Shown one piece after another: positions 1 to 13,620 of a stretch of DNA of 64,000 bases. Under the pieces are notes generated by a model, which was not told the origin of the DNA, did no database searches, and saw nothing but the letters and a program-made list of their open reading frames with translations. Source of the DNA: Schizochytrium sp. TIO01 (lineage: Eukaryota; Protista; Bigyra: Labyrinthulomycetes); assembly GCA_004764695.1 (NCBI GenBank), contig SMSO01000014.1, forward strand, positions 3,653,648 through 3,717,647, written 5' to 3'. Numbering within the stretch: the first letter of the stretch is position 1; each line of letters starts with the position of its first letter. Both the position numbers and the translations under genes were made by a program.

Positions 1-2815
1 CACTCACATATTCCCAACTATCACTTCCCTATTTTAGTACCGTCGCTCAGGAGCCTAAGGGAGGTAGTATGGATTAAACTACAGCCCGTCTACCTCTCTA
101 TAGATAGCAGTACGAAACGATGGCGCTGTATTTTTATCCTAAGATAGGCCTATACAATTATATCTATGATTTTATTTTTTTAAATAGTTACTTCAAAAAA
201 GAAAGAAGAAGTAAATGGAGAATATTATATTTTAGAGATATAAAGTTCATAGCAGTGGCTACTGATGCTTCAATGGCGGAGCCAAGTCTTCAGACCCCGT
301 CGAAGGAGCGAAGTAGCTTCGAGTTCTTCGCATCTACGCTCGAGATCTGTCGAAAGACTTCACCGAGAGGCGTTGAAGGGGTCTTTGCCCATGCCAGGGT
401 ACTCCGAAGTTGTCCACACACGTTCAGGATGGAAGCTGCACGGGCCATGGGCGCTTGCTTGTTTGTTATCTTCGAGTCAGGCTTTTGTTTGTTGTTTTGG
501 CCTTCTTCAAAGGAAGGTATGATGGTCTCCTTTCAAGCTTTTCTACTTTATTTATTTTATTTTCTACTTTTCATTTTAATATCTCAATTCATTTTTGAAA
601 AAAGAAAAGAAAAAAAGTTTCCACTTTTACCTCTTTGAGCTTCTCGTTCGATCCCTCCTTCCTAGAGAATTGTCTAGGAGCCCACTACACTATTGGCACC
701 GTACTTGCGGAAAGCTGTGAAGTACTGGAAGGGAGGAGGGAGAGGGAGTTCCTACGGTAAAGGTTATGTGGCCAATAGGGAATTCAATTTTAAGACAGGA
801 AGGGGAGCCCTCTGAAAGAGCCCTTTTTTCCCCTGCTCTGTCTTTAATTCAGCTACCGGGACTCCTAGGGGTCCACTACCCGTATCGCTATGCCCGCCGG
901 GTTCGGAAATTAAATTTTGAAAAGTAAGCATTTTGAGCCAAAGTAAAGTAAATCTTGAAGAAGTTTAATGAGTGAGAGAGAGAGAAAGAGAAAGGGTCGT
1001 GCTCGTTCATCCTCGATACGCCTCGCAGGGTACCCATCTCATGCCGGTCTGCGCTTGTTCGAGTGTATATGCTGACGATTTCCGTTGGCGCCCAGGTATT
1101 TGCTAGTTTTCTATAAAGGAGGAGGAAGCGGCAAGAAACCCCAAATCTTGAAGCCCGTTGTTCTTTGCTCGTTTCTTTCTCTGTTTAATTCAGTGTCTTC
1201 TTTCGCTCTCGTTTGCCACATTTGTAAAACGCCAATTAACTATTGTAAATGTACAAAAATGCCAATCTTTATCATCATTCTTTATTTTCAGTCTAAAATT
1301 TAAATTCAAAGTATATACCTGTGACAGTAAAATGAAAACTTGAAACACTCTGCAGTTAAAAAGCGGAAAAGAGGAAGGAAGGAGGGAAAGAAAGAAGTGG
1401 AGTGAATGAACGTGAATGAGTGTGCGAAAAGAAGAAGAAGAAGAAGAAGAAGAAGGACTTCGCGCTGTGCCTTTCCGTGAAGGTTGTCAGTCGTTCGATG
1501 CTTTGTTTCGCAGAAGAGACCCATCAAAAGACAGAGGACCCCTTCACCCACCCAGATATCACGAGTTAGCTTTTAAATCATCAAATTTCAAGCGCCGTTC
1601 AATGCGACTCCAGAGAAGGGATACCGACGATGTCCTGCAATATCAATCAATATGTCTTGCAGCTGTCTCCTCTGAGCAGGCGCCTCCCTCCCTCCCTAAT
1701 CAACACTGAGGTGGCCGCTGACCCTTTTCATCGCGGGTAGCAGTTGCCTACGCGTAGGTAGCGAGGCGTCAAAATGTGCTTACAAGTTTTGGCCTCAACT
1801 TTGGATTGAGATGTATTTTAAATTTTAAAATTTTCATTTTAAAACTTCTAAACGAAAAGATGAAATAGTAAAAACATCTTCATTTCCAAGGGAGTCGGTA
1901 CTGCTTCTCCTCAGGCAATAAACGAGCAATAAAAATAGTGGAGAAGTCAATCGGGATCTCGATGCGGTACTGTCAAGAAAACGAAGGTTCAACACGTAAA
2001 TGTGCAGAGGAGTTTGCCATTCATTCATTCATTCATTCATTCATTTATTTATTCAATTATTCATTTATTTTATGCATTCAATCAGTCAGTTCGTTATCGA
2101 GGCAGTGCATAGTCAGTCACCTACGCAGTGACCTTTGCATCGCGGTATTAGACACGCAAGATTAATTAATTATAAAGTGCATGTGCTTGTAAATCCATAT
2201 CTTTTCCAGCACCTGGGCGCTCCCACTCCACAAGAATCCTGGTGCACCAGTGCTTCAAGTTCTACAGGACGAAGACCATTATAAAACCCAGCCCAAGCTG
2301 CCTTTGCTTCGCAATCTGTTCCAGAGCTTGGCACATTCCGACAATTATCACAGTGGCTTCGCAGTCAATTTATCAAAGAAAGAGCTAAGTGAATGGAAAT
2401 AGCGCTATCATTGGCGGTGCCCCTACCGGTGCTAGCCGTTTTCCCTAGCTCGCAGTGCGCAAGCTTGGCCGCCTGATCGTGCGATATTCGTCGTTTGCGC
2501 TGTCCACAATGTGACAAGAAAGGTACGTACCTGAGTGCCCAAAAGGTCTGTTGAGCAGGATTCATGGCGATATACATTGCGGTTGCAGCGGTGCCTAATA
2601 AGTTTTTGTTGACGGCGACGGCAGAGATTCAGTCAGTCAGCAAGTCAGTCAGTCATTCCCGTGGACCAATTCACTGGTGAAGGACGAGGCTTCGTGGGGA
2701 TCGAGTGCCTCAGGTCGCTGAGATTGGAATACTTCAGCAGCGATGAGTAGGAGAAGCCAGACTGACATTATAAAGAGGCGTGTTTAGTTGTATTGTCGAT
2801 TATTATGACAATGGC

Positions 2816-2868
2816 GTTTAGTTTAGTTTAGTTTAGTTTAGTTTAGTTTAGTTTAGTTTAGTTTAGTT
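2816..2868. repeat. (GTTTA)n microsatellite
   Basis: About 10 perfect pentamer units. Confidence 0.95.
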
Positions 2869-4325
2869 CATTGTAAAGTTAATATCGAAACTTCTGTCTG
2901 AAAACCTTAAAGTTTGTTATGGCGGTGATTGATGTTGATTCGTTCCATTTTTCGAAAGAGATTTTCATTTATAATACGGTGAAAAATGAAATAAAAAAGT
3001 TAAAAAAAGTACAAAAATGTGACGATGGGTATTTATTTATTATGGAAGGACAATGAAATCATGTAATAACAGGCCTAGAAAGACAAAAGGCAGTATAGGT
3101 GGAGTGCCACGGAGGAGTTCTTATCAGGGCTCAATTGCGGATTGCTTGGTTGGTCCTTTGGCGGCTATGGAAAAGTCCTGCAGCTAGATTCTCGAGCACT
3201 GGAGGTCAAATGACTCGGGGTAGGTCCTCGCCTTGGCCGAGGATTGAGGCACCTATTCATTTGTTTAACACGCACATGTTGTGGCTGCGAACTTGAGCAT
3301 AGAGAAATACATTGCAGCCATGATCGCTAATGTGGAGACATCGAATGGCGATGGCTCGTTGACGATTTACTTAACCTGATGCTGCTGCTCCTTACTGACA
3401 ACGGCCAAGCCAATGGAAAAGGTCAGATATGGGTTATACAGAATCCTTGATGGCTCCCGCAGAAGATGAACAAACTTTGGCTATACGATAATCTAGTTTC
3501 CATAGACGCTAGCCATTTTCTGGACATTTAGATCAGACAGATGATGGTCTAGAGATTCATTCGCTGTAACTTCCATTGCATTCATTCTCTAGAGTACCCT
3601 CGGAAGCAAGCGACTGCCGTTTTCAATCAGCTTTTTATCAGCCATCCAGGCATTGCTTCAAGATATGTTCCCAAATCTTGGCCTGCATGTTCACCGCCAA
3701 ATTCTCAAGCCTTTGGAGGTAACTTGGTGGTATTACATGTGCAATGTAATCCAGGCCACAGGTTCTCTTTTGCATGCTGCATCCAACCTCGAGATTCGGG
3801 TCCTTCTCCAGCGCCACATTCATTGCCACTCTATCAAACTGCTTACAATTCTTGAACGAACGATGTGGTCCTCATACATCATCATGATTGCGTTGCTCTT
3901 ATTATTTGTAGCAGGAGTGGTCCAAGATGCTGGTCGAGTCATTTAGTCAGCAGACGATTGATTCTATTCCCCAGGTTTACAATCAGGTTCATCCACATAT
4001 TCATGTGCTTCAAAGCAGCGGAAGGTCGCAAAAGGCCATGCATGCGTGCGTGCTGCTGGCTATTTAGGTGCGAATAGGTCTTGCCTGCAAGTCCGCAATT
4101 CCTGCAAGTCGTTAAAGCAGGCAATTAATTCCTCTGGAGGTACTTATCGACGGCCACGAACGAGTTGGCGAATCAATCAATCCCCCGAGACTCTTCGGGG
4201 TTAGGGCACTCTTAGCGAAGTTCTAAGAGTCGGCAGGTGCACACCCCACCGCTCTTTCGAGAGCCGCAAAAGCCAAGCCCAATACTTTTTTGTCTTTTCT
4301 TAATTTAAAAGTCTTTATCGTTTTA

Positions 4326-4362
4326 TAATAATAACAATTAATAACAATTAATAATAATAATA

Positions 4363-4400
<38 letters not shown>
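4326..4400. repeat. (AAT)n/(ATT)n head-to-head microsatellite palindrome
   Basis: An AAT run switches directly to an ATT run. Confidence 0.9.
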
Positions 4401-6655
4401 GTATTTTATTATTTGATGCTTTTTTTCTTTCTTTTCTTTTTGGACAATGAAGAAAATAAAATGATCACCAAAATCGAAATCACCAACAACTTGAAGAAAT
4501 ATAGAACAGCAGGTTCTGGTCGGTTTTCTTTCTTTGGTGTGGCCTCATCGCTGGGGAAAGAGACAAGAGAGCTGCTCAAGATCGATGGTTTATGGCAATC
4601 TGCCAAAGACCTCCAGCACCCCCAGCACCTTTGAGTTGGGACAAGCCCACCTGGAGCCTGTTTTTTTGTTTTGTTTTTATGTCTAGCTAGAGCTATTATT
4701 AGCTATTCCCATGGCCTTTCGCTGGCCAGCTGTCTGACTCCCAGTAAGCAAAACCTTGTATCTCTCTGTCGGAAGCAAGGTCAGGTAAATACATTTATGT
4801 GGTAGCGCTAAGTCTTATCTTCTATGGTAATGCGTTTTAGCCAATATTTTGTTGCCGAGAGTCGCATAGTGCGAATACAAACAAGTCACACGGTCGCGCA
4901 CGCACTAGCTTCTCTTCCTCTTTATGTTACAACTCAGGTTAGGAGTGCACATTCACTTTTTACCTAGATCTGTTATTTTACATATATTGCCATGAAAGGA
5001 ATCAATCAATCAGTGTGCAGTGATTTTGACGCTTATCTACGAAAATGGCGTTGAGTGAAGCGAAGCGAAGTGAAGTGAGTGTTCTTCGAGGTATTTCCAA
5101 TACTCAGCGTCTCAGCAATAAAACCACATAATCTTCTCCACTTTGGAGACTTTACGCATATAAGGCGAAACAAGAGTCACTGGTCGGCGACAATCGGCTC
5201 AACCCGAAACGAAATAGAAAAGCCTCTAGAGAATGAATGGATGAAAAACGGGGTACAGTCGAGAGAAAAGCACCTCCCTGCAATTTGATCGTTATTGTAA
5301 TAGGTCATTTGGTTGTCAAATATATAAAACAGACGTTCAACTTCTTCAAGGCTTGAAGTCTGAAGATCAATGTTAGGTATTTCAACCTTCGAGATACTTT
5401 GCCATCCATGAGGGTTGATCATGAGTCGCTGTGGCGCCATTACTACTACTATAACCACTACTACTAACTGCCTAGGCACTTTCTATAGTACCCAGGGAAT
5501 AAAAGAAGCGCGCCTCACTTCGGATTGGTTTTCATTCTGGCAGGTGAAGAAGGCGGCGGCGAAGAAGAAGAAGAGTTCATGAAAGACGTCCCAGGCGTCT
5601 GGATGTTTGACAATAGTGCGATACCCGTCTGTGAAAACCTTGGATTGTTTGATGTTCTGAAGCTTCATCTTCACTAATTCTGCGTGTTTGGATGCCGGAC
5701 CGACCGCCTTTCAAAGTCTGTTTTCTTTTCTTCACTTTCTTTTACCTTAGCTCGCTAGCGCACACCATAGTAGGTACTCCACCACTCGAGTTGTTCGTCT
5801 TCATCCGTGACGGAAGTGCCAGCTAGTACTATTAGCGCTACCAATATCGACTAGCGGGCGCTGCGTATTTTATTTAGCTTGGCAATTTAACTTTTTTTCT
5901 TTTTTTCTCTCTATTTTTTTCTTTTCTTTTGGGGGAAGCTTAGGTACCGCTGTTTATTTGATAACAAATAAACAATTTTATTTTATCTTTTAAAATCTGC
6001 TTATGGATTGATTGATTGATCGATTGATTGATTGATTTGTCGAATTATAAAACAAATTAAACAATAATTCTCAGACTGGAGGTCGAAGCTCTTTAAATAG
6101 TCACGGTAATGAAAATGATGATGGTGGCGTATTCCATTGTCGTCATGAGATACTGATATCAGCGGTTCTGTGAGTGGCCTTAGAAGAGACGTGTCCAAGA
6201 GGGGAGACGGAGGAAGACTTTAGCAAGGAAAGGTGCGGGAGAGAATAAAGAATACTTGCTGCCTATCGTTGCATATTCGTGAAATCCCCGGGGAAAGGAG
6301 ACCAAGTGTCCTGAGCCAATAGGTACCTATTGCGGCCTTCCTTTGAAGAGGAACTCTTTTTGGCTTCTTTTCTTTCTTTCTTTCTTTCGTTTATTCGTTT
6401 GTTTAGTTGTTTGGTTGTTTAGTTGTTTAGTTAGTTGTTCATCGCCTTAGTAAGTGCTTATACACTGTTAGGGCTGTTCCTTCCTTCTTCCCTTTGTGGA
6501 ACATGCGCAGAACATCCAGGTACACATTATGGGTGTCTCTAGTGAGAGGGGGTCGAGCTGTCTCCTCGTAAGTAGGAAGTTTGCCGTGCTTCTCTTTCAA
6601 AAGTTTAAAAGGCTTTTCTGCACATGAAAGAGAAAGAGAGAAGAACTTGAAAGAA

Positions 6656-6693
6656 ATGAATGAATGAATGAATGAATGAATGAATGAATGAAT
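6656..6693. repeat. (GAAT)n microsatellite
   Basis: About 9 units. Confidence 0.95.
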
Positions 6694-7779
6694 ATTTATT
6701 TATTTATTTATCTGCAAAGTGCTGTTTCAAGTTCCTTTCCAAAATTGATGAAGGAAAGTAAACAAGTAACAAATAACAAACTTAAATCCTCTTATTAGAA
6801 GAAAAGGGGGAAAAAGAATACAGAAATAAATTAAGAAGAAGGAATGAAAGAGGCCAAGAAGCCAAGCAAGCAAACCAAAACCGCGCTTTCGGCTGTTAAG
6901 CGATTGGGAATCGCCGCAGCTTTCTTCGTAAACTCGAGGAGAGGGCGCCAGCATGCATAGCGCGTAGTCCTTCCCCGCCTCTCCTCCGCCCAGCGCCCTC
7001 TTCCTCTGCGGCCGCGACCTCGAGTGCGCCCGAAGATCTCCAACACGACACTGCTACCCAAAGGACTATACGGGTCTTAGCGCTGTATTTCCTCGTGGCA
7101 GAATCTACGAATGACTGCGCTTCTTTCATTCATTCATTCGTTCATTCATTCTATTCATTCATCCGTACGTGTCCACGCACCGTCGCCGATGGTGCCCCAC
7201 TCCAGGCCGTCACGAAGCCTGTGGACGTCCCGGGACTTGTCCAGGACTCCGCCAGGGCTTGCTTGCTTTCCTGTGGTCACTCGACTTCTTGATTGATTGA
7301 TTGATTGATTGGCTTTTGAAGAAAGGGACCTCCATCTTCGATCGACCGTTGGCGCACACTGAGGAGGAACGAGGAGAGAACGCGCAAAGAACGGGCGGGC
7401 TCTGGGCAGTGCTAGCGAGGGGGTAGATAGTGCTAGCGGAGGAGACAGCCAGGCGATTGGACGATGGAACTCGGTCCTTCGTTTTCTTTGTTAGGTCCGT
7501 TCGTGAAAGCGAAAGCGCAGAGTTGAAGAGGTTTAGCGCACAGCGTGTGGTGCTGGCCGCCTTGCGTTGCGTTGCGGGTAGGTTTCCTCGACTGGAGCCC
7601 AGCGATGAAGGTCTGTCTACGTCTAGTAGGTATCTATCTTGGGCAGGTTTGGCGAAGAATGAATGGCCTTTTGCTGGTGAGTACAGCGAAAGATTGGTTT
7701 TGTTGGGAAGGAAGCTCATGATATCTCGTTTCAAGTAGGTTCACATAGAGTGGCTGTTGATCCATTTGTTTATTTAAAT

Positions 7780-7823
7780 GTTTGTTTGTTTGTTTGTTTG
7801 TTTGTTTGTTTGTTTGTTTGTTT
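7780..7823. repeat. (GTTT)n microsatellite
   Basis: About 11 units. Confidence 0.95.
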
Positions 7824-9071
7824 ATTTATTTGCTGGCGGAGCTTTTGGTGTGTTTCAGGTTGTTTGGTCTGTTGGTTAGTTGAGTTTTGATCTATACAAT
7901 GAAAAAATTGTTGAGATAAATCAGAAATGAAAAGATTGAAATAAGCCTGTGTAGACTCTATGCAGGACCTCTTAGCGAGTGATTAATTTGTATTTTATTC
8001 GTGTCCATACTCATAGGTGTCCTGAGGTGAAGTTCGGTGACCTCAGCTTGGCTGTTTTGGAATGGTGTCGGGGGCAACGGTGATTTTGATTCTAGGAACG
8101 GAGACCCTCGTTGAGTTCCTGAGGTGTTGTATTGTACAATATTATAATATGATGTACTGTCAAAGTGTACCCAGGTCTTCTTTTGTTCGTGCTGCTGCTG
8201 TTTCCAGGCCTGTTCAAGTTTTATGGCGAGGCTTCGAGTTCTGTGGCTATTTCTATGAATTCAGACAAGTTCATCAGTTTATCTATTTCTACCCTTTTTT
8301 AATTAAAATTTAAAAACAAAACAAAAAACATTTTGCAATAATAATAATAATAATAATAGTAATAATAAGCATAAATCAATAATGATGTACATAAAAAAAA
8401 CCAAAAACAAGTGCAAAGGAGGAAGGCAATTCCACTAAACCAAGTTCTTTCCATCCACAAATGTTCTGGTAAAAAGCTCTTCTTGCGACAGCAGAAGCAC
8501 TCGCGGCGAATCGCTCGTGCGTCGTTTGCGGCATGCCGAGAAGCGTCATCCATCAGTGGGACGCGAGCGGTAGGCGCAAGTATTCGAAGTGTTCGAAGTA
8601 CGCTGCGAAGGAAAATGACTTTAAAAGGGCAGCAGACTACTGCAAAAGAACATGAGAGTGAAAGAAGAGTGTGCGATGAGAGAAGGATTGAAGGATTGGT
8701 TTGTTCATTGAAGAGGGAGGTTGGTTTCCATGCTTGATGAGTAGCATAAAAACGCCAATGCTGATGAGCTTGGCTTGACTTGAACTAAGCAGGCCAAATT
8801 GAAGCGAGGCCCAGGACGGTCTCATGTCTGTGATTGGGCCCCGAGTTCACAAGCTGCTGCTGCCTTTAGATGGATTGAGCTGAAGAAACTTGCTTGGCAG
8901 GGGCATATTTTGATTCACGATGAACTTTATGACAAGCCATGGCAAAAACGTGAAGAAAGTCATCGAGGTTGGCGAGCACGCGCATTTAAAGGGGGAGACC
9001 ATCATTCATTCATCCATCCATCCATCGATGCATTGATTGATTGATGTATTGATTGATTGATGTAATGAATG

Positions 9072-9109
9072 ATGCATGAATGAATGCATGAATGCATTCA
9101 TTCATGCAT
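9072..9109. repeat. 17-bp perfect inverted repeat within a GAAT/ATTC/TGCA array
   Basis: ATGCATGAATGAATGCA-TGAA-TGCATTCATTCATGCAT. Confidence 0.9.
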
Positions 9110-9149
9110 TCATTCATGCATTCATTCATTCGTTCTTAACCTCATTCAT

Positions 9150-10420
9150 TACATTAATCTCGCCAGAGCTCAGAGGCTGGAACGTTGAAGAAGCACGAGT
9201 CTCAGCAGCGCTGCGCTATCTGTTAAAGGTAAAAGATCACCTTCGGAGTCCTGCAAGTCGGTGTCTCTGGCAGCATGGGAACAGCGCAGCTCCTCGCAAA
9301 TGGCAGCACATCTCCTGCTAGGCTTGTTTTTTGACAGTGAATAAGCACGTGCTGATACCTGACCTTTTCGAGGTAGAAGAAGTCAGGGCAATTTGAGGAT
9401 GCCTTGCTTTGCAGATTAGTCTCTGCCTATCGCAACTGATTCCTGCACGGGTAAGGGTCCACAGGCAGACTGGCTGGACTCGATAGGCGGCCGGACCTCC
9501 ATCAGGTGCTCAACTCCAAGATCAGGCCTCGCGTGAAAGCGGGATCCCGATGCACGCAGAATGTAAAATTGGCTCTTTGGCGAATTGGGATGATAATGAT
9601 AATGATAACGAATGATTTAGGTAGGTCATAGAACCCGTGGGTGTACCTTGTAGCGGTATTGCTAGTAGTGGGAGCCCACCAGCTAGGACATGGTGTGCAC
9701 ACTTGGCACTTGCCGAAGACTGCACAGCACTGTCTACAGAAAGAGGACATGATAGTCGATTGTTTTACAAGTCAAAGTATCGAAGCAGATTCTGTGGATA
9801 GGCTTTGTCCATCTCCTGAAGACATCCATCCTGTGGCCGATCGGTGCCTTGGAGAGAATGAGGTCCGCGAAGAGTTGGTTCCCTGCGATGATCTTCGCTT
9901 TTGGGCAGCAGAAGAAGTCCAACTTAGTACTCCGTACCACATCATCCTCTGCTTCTTAACTTCGACTCGGTTCATGAGAAGACGCCACACAAGAAGAAAT
10001 GTACAGTAGAATGAAGCGAACGTGCTCTGAAGACGACTGACGCATGCACGCAAGTTTTGCAGATGGAGACGGCTGCCAGGGTGGATCACATCAAGACTGC
10101 CTCGAAGAAAGCCCACGGCTTGAGACTTTTCAGGCGACGAGAGATGCCGTGCTCCCTGAAGAATTCATTCGCAACGATCGCCCGAGAAGAAATATCTTCG
10201 CTTGGAGCGATTTTAGATGCATGACTTGTACAGCAAACTTGGACTTTCCATACGAACGTACGTAGTGTCTTTCCAGCAGACAACAGCCTCAGATGGATGG
10301 ATGGATGGATAGATAAATGTCTGCAGCAGATAAATATTCAGCCAGACCGAACACCTGAGCAACGACGAGGACAAATCATCCTGCGTCTTTTCAGATGGTT
10401 CGATCCCACTTCTTCGGCCT
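9150..10420 (-). pseudogene. Decayed F-box/LRR-like gene
   Basis: Removing a 23-nt TATC/ATCC microsatellite (~10293-10315) restores EYLSAADILRLLSAGKTLRTFVW (F-box-like). Downstream fragments are LRR-like, with stops and frameshifts. Confidence 0.45.
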
Positions 10421-12747
10421 GAAAATCCTATCTTGAAGCTAAGTAGCCGCTATCGGGCACGTTCTCGGCCGCCAAAACGTGCCGCGGAATGAGGCCGGCT
10501 CCCTCGCAATCACGAAGAACGTACTTGTATACTAATTTTATTATTAAAGAAATTAATTTTTATAAAATAAGATAGAGGTAAATAAGGTAGAATATGATAG
10601 TCGTAAATTTGGGAAATGATCATAATTCAATCTTTAAAATGAAAATCATATCAGTGGGTTACTTGTATAATAAAAATGAAAGATGAAAGTAAGAGAGCTT
10701 GGTTGGTGTTATCGCCGCTGCAGAAATAGTTACCAAACTTGTTATTGCCTTGGACGTTGCTGGCTGCAGCGATGGTGTTTGAGGTTGATGCCGGCCTTCA
10801 AGAAACACCCCATCCTAGAATTCTTGAGAAACTGCGATAGACTGTTTTAGCTTTTATAAAAAAACTATTACTAATATCTGTTCTCATGGTGACCTCATCT
10901 CCATAATCTACCCTCTCCTGATGTTGCGTATGCAATTCTCATTGGTGTCTGCGAGTGAGAAAGACTTCCAATGCCAAAGTGAATGCTCGAAGTTCAAGTC
11001 GGAAACGCGTATCTACTTTGATTGGTTTGTTGTTCATACTACTTGATCACGTGCGATCAAATACCAAAATAAAAATTTCAAGGTGATCGTGTATTACTTA
11101 ATTAAAGTATGGCGCTCAAGAACTTGCGCACTACCCTGGACGGAAGGATAGTCAACACATATAATACACTCATGACAGGCATTGTTTTAATAACATGAAC
11201 ATTTGTAGCAGCTCTCACGATAGGTGCATGGCTGGTTCATGAATAATCTTACGGAAAGTCAATTGCAATGGCAAAGAGCTTGTTTGAGAACCTTGGTGTT
11301 TTATAATTATGGAGTAAACAGCATATCAGGTATACATACCTACCTGCCCACATACGTAGGTAGTTAGACGCCTATTATGTGGACCGTCTACAGAAAGAAG
11401 GAAGTAGCTGCAAGAAATGAATAGACACGTGCTGGTAGAGTGGTTTTAATACGCAGGAGCCTGCATGCCGTCGAGTGATATTATGATAGGATTCATCAAA
11501 TAACTTTCTCTTTGCCACGCGATTCGCAGGTTATACGTACGGATTTAGTCAGGATATAACTGGAATAGAAAGTACCTACCATAGGACTTCGGAATATAAG
11601 TCAAACTACTCCTGTGGCAGGACTATCTCAGATGAAGATACCAAAAGCGCCGGTCTGAGGCATGTGAGCTAGCCCGGCCATGTTCCGGCGTCCCCCTTAT
11701 CTTTAGGATTGTACTTAATCTGCATTTATACATCAAATGGGTGCGTACAAGACAACCCCTAACCCTATAATAAAACTTCGAATCATCACTCTGGCTGGTT
11801 TGAAATCCCTAACTTACTTTCCTGCTCTTTGCAAATATGTGAATGACACAGAATCAGGCATAAGATATTTCGGAGACGAATTTGGTTCTCAGTGGCTCAA
11901 TTCAAGAAGTCTGGAATTTTGGAATTTTGATTTCTCTTGAGTGAACACAAAAATGCCGGGTCTGGGTTATGATACTGCATAACATTTACTTCCAGTAGGG
12001 GTTCCAAGTACTTTGAAAGACAATATCCCTCTTGCATGGTGTCAGCTGTTGCTGCTGATTCAATAGGTTTTGTAGGATTTTATAGAGAATCTTCACAAAG
12101 CAGCTTACCTGATCCATTTGAAACATATAAATACATATGCAAACTTCAATTAAACGTCAAGCTGTTGACGCCTTGGCTGTTCATAATCATCAGGTTGTTT
12201 TTTGTCTTATTGTTTTCCCGCAACTCAAGCATTATTTGTCGGCCTTATGTTCTTACATGAATTGCATTTATCCTATTCTGGGATCCTTTCCGAACCATAG
12301 GTTTTTCCTTTCGAAGTGATGATATCAAAATTATTCGAAATGATCGTATGACAACATAAACGTTGATTCAGGATACATCATAGCTTACTAAAAGAGGTTG
12401 AGAATACAATATTGACTTAATTTGCAGGTTTTTCGAAAAAGAAAATAAAACCGGCATTAAAAAATTAAAATCTTTATAGGACTGAGACCCAAGTTCAGTT
12501 TCAGACTCACAGTCATGCTAGATGTTTATTTCAAGTGCTTTGCTCCCAGTCCAGATTGTCTTCTTCTTGTCGCCGATTGCAAGGCTCTTTCCCGCATCTA
12601 CTAAATACCAGTAGGGATTTGGTAAGGACTACTACCAGACATGATTTTGTATTTGTGATTTGTTACTTCTTCTTGTATAAAATCCGGTTGGTGGTTAGTT
12701 AGCAGAGCAGTTTCGTATCATTATTGATTTCACGCGTCGCGAAGGTC

Positions 12748-13620
12748 ATGGCGCCCACGTCCGAACCGGCTGGTGCGACAGAGCCTGGCGCCATGTCGTC
12801 TGTGCCAACCACTTCTTCCGCTCCGGGAGTTGTTTCTGCGGCTCCTGTTGCCCCTGCAACGTCAACATCTGCTGCAGCACCAAGCTCAACAGCTGTGCCT
12901 TCGGTACCGTCAACCTCGACGTCTCCAGCTGTGAAGCGGATGACAGGTAAAACCGTGGTGCGGCCGATTGTGTACGGATCTATTGCGTTTTTCTTGGGTA
13001 AAAAAAGTACTGAGGACTCCACGCATGATTGGAGTATCTATGTGCGTGGACTTGAGGACGAAGATCTCTCATACATGATTCGTCGTGTGGTTTTCACGCT
13101 TCATCCGAGTTGCCAGGTTCCAGTGGTGACCTGCGAAAAGCCACCATATGTAGTGACTCAGTCAGGGTGGGGCGAATTTGATGCTAAAATCACCATTGTA
13201 TTGAACGATGAAGAGGAGACATCCATAGACATGATTCACTTTTTGAGATTGTATCCTGTAGGTAGCTCAGCAGCAAACGTGGCAACTCTTAAAAAGAAAC
13301 CGGTCGTCGAAGAACGATATGAAGAACTTATATTTTACGAGCCCTCGGAGAGCCTGTATAAAACACTTACTTCACATGATGTCTCTACGGCCCCGAAAAA
13401 CGTTTCTCCAGAACAGTTGCGGGCATGCTTCACAACAATCTCTGAGGTAGAGTGTATGAAAGCTCTGGTAGCTGCTCAAAAGTTTGTATCACAGGAAATT
13501 GATCGTACGTGCCAGGAACTAAGTGAGGCAACAGCATTGGTGGATCAGCTCAAATCTATTAAAAACGAAGGCAAAAATAATAGCGCTGAGAGTGAATCTA
13601 GCGCACCTACAAATCCGTAA
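12748..13620 (+). CDS. YAF9: YEATS-domain protein (Yaf9/GAS41/YEATS4-like, NuA4/SWR1 subunit)
   Basis: Motifs RPIVYGS, THDWSIYVRG, VVFTLHPS, PPYVVTQSGWGEF, HFLRLYP and EERYEELIF, plus a C-terminal coiled coil. First ATG at 12748 in the 12724..13620 ORF; Ala/Pro/Ser/Thr-rich N-terminus. Confidence 0.93.
   Translation: MAPTSEPAGATEPGAMSSVPTTSSAPGVVSAAPVAPATSTSAAAPSSTAVPSVPSTSTSPAVKRMTGKTVVRPIVYGSIAFFLGKKSTEDSTHDWSIYVRGLEDEDLSYMIRRVVFTLHPSCQVPVVTCEKPPYVVTQSGWGEFDAKITIVLNDEEETSIDMIHFLRLYPVGSSAANVATLKKKPVVEERYEELIFYEPSESLYKTLTSHDVSTAPKNVSPEQLRACFTTISEVECMKALVAAQKFVSQEIDRTCQELSEATALVDQLKSIKNEGKNNSAESESSAPTNP

Noticed and set aside
120-638. 172-aa ORF
   Set aside because: Both ends translate AT-rich low-complexity DNA; no recognisable domain.
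3100-3950. Minus-strand frame interrupted mostly by TAA/TAG (alternative code or RIP-like decay)
   Set aside because: Stop density is close to random expectation, and true genes here use TAA/TAG as stops.
10340-10420. tRNA-like B box GGTTCGATCCC
   Set aside because: No cloverleaf, imperfect T stem and no A box; lies in the pseudogene remnant.
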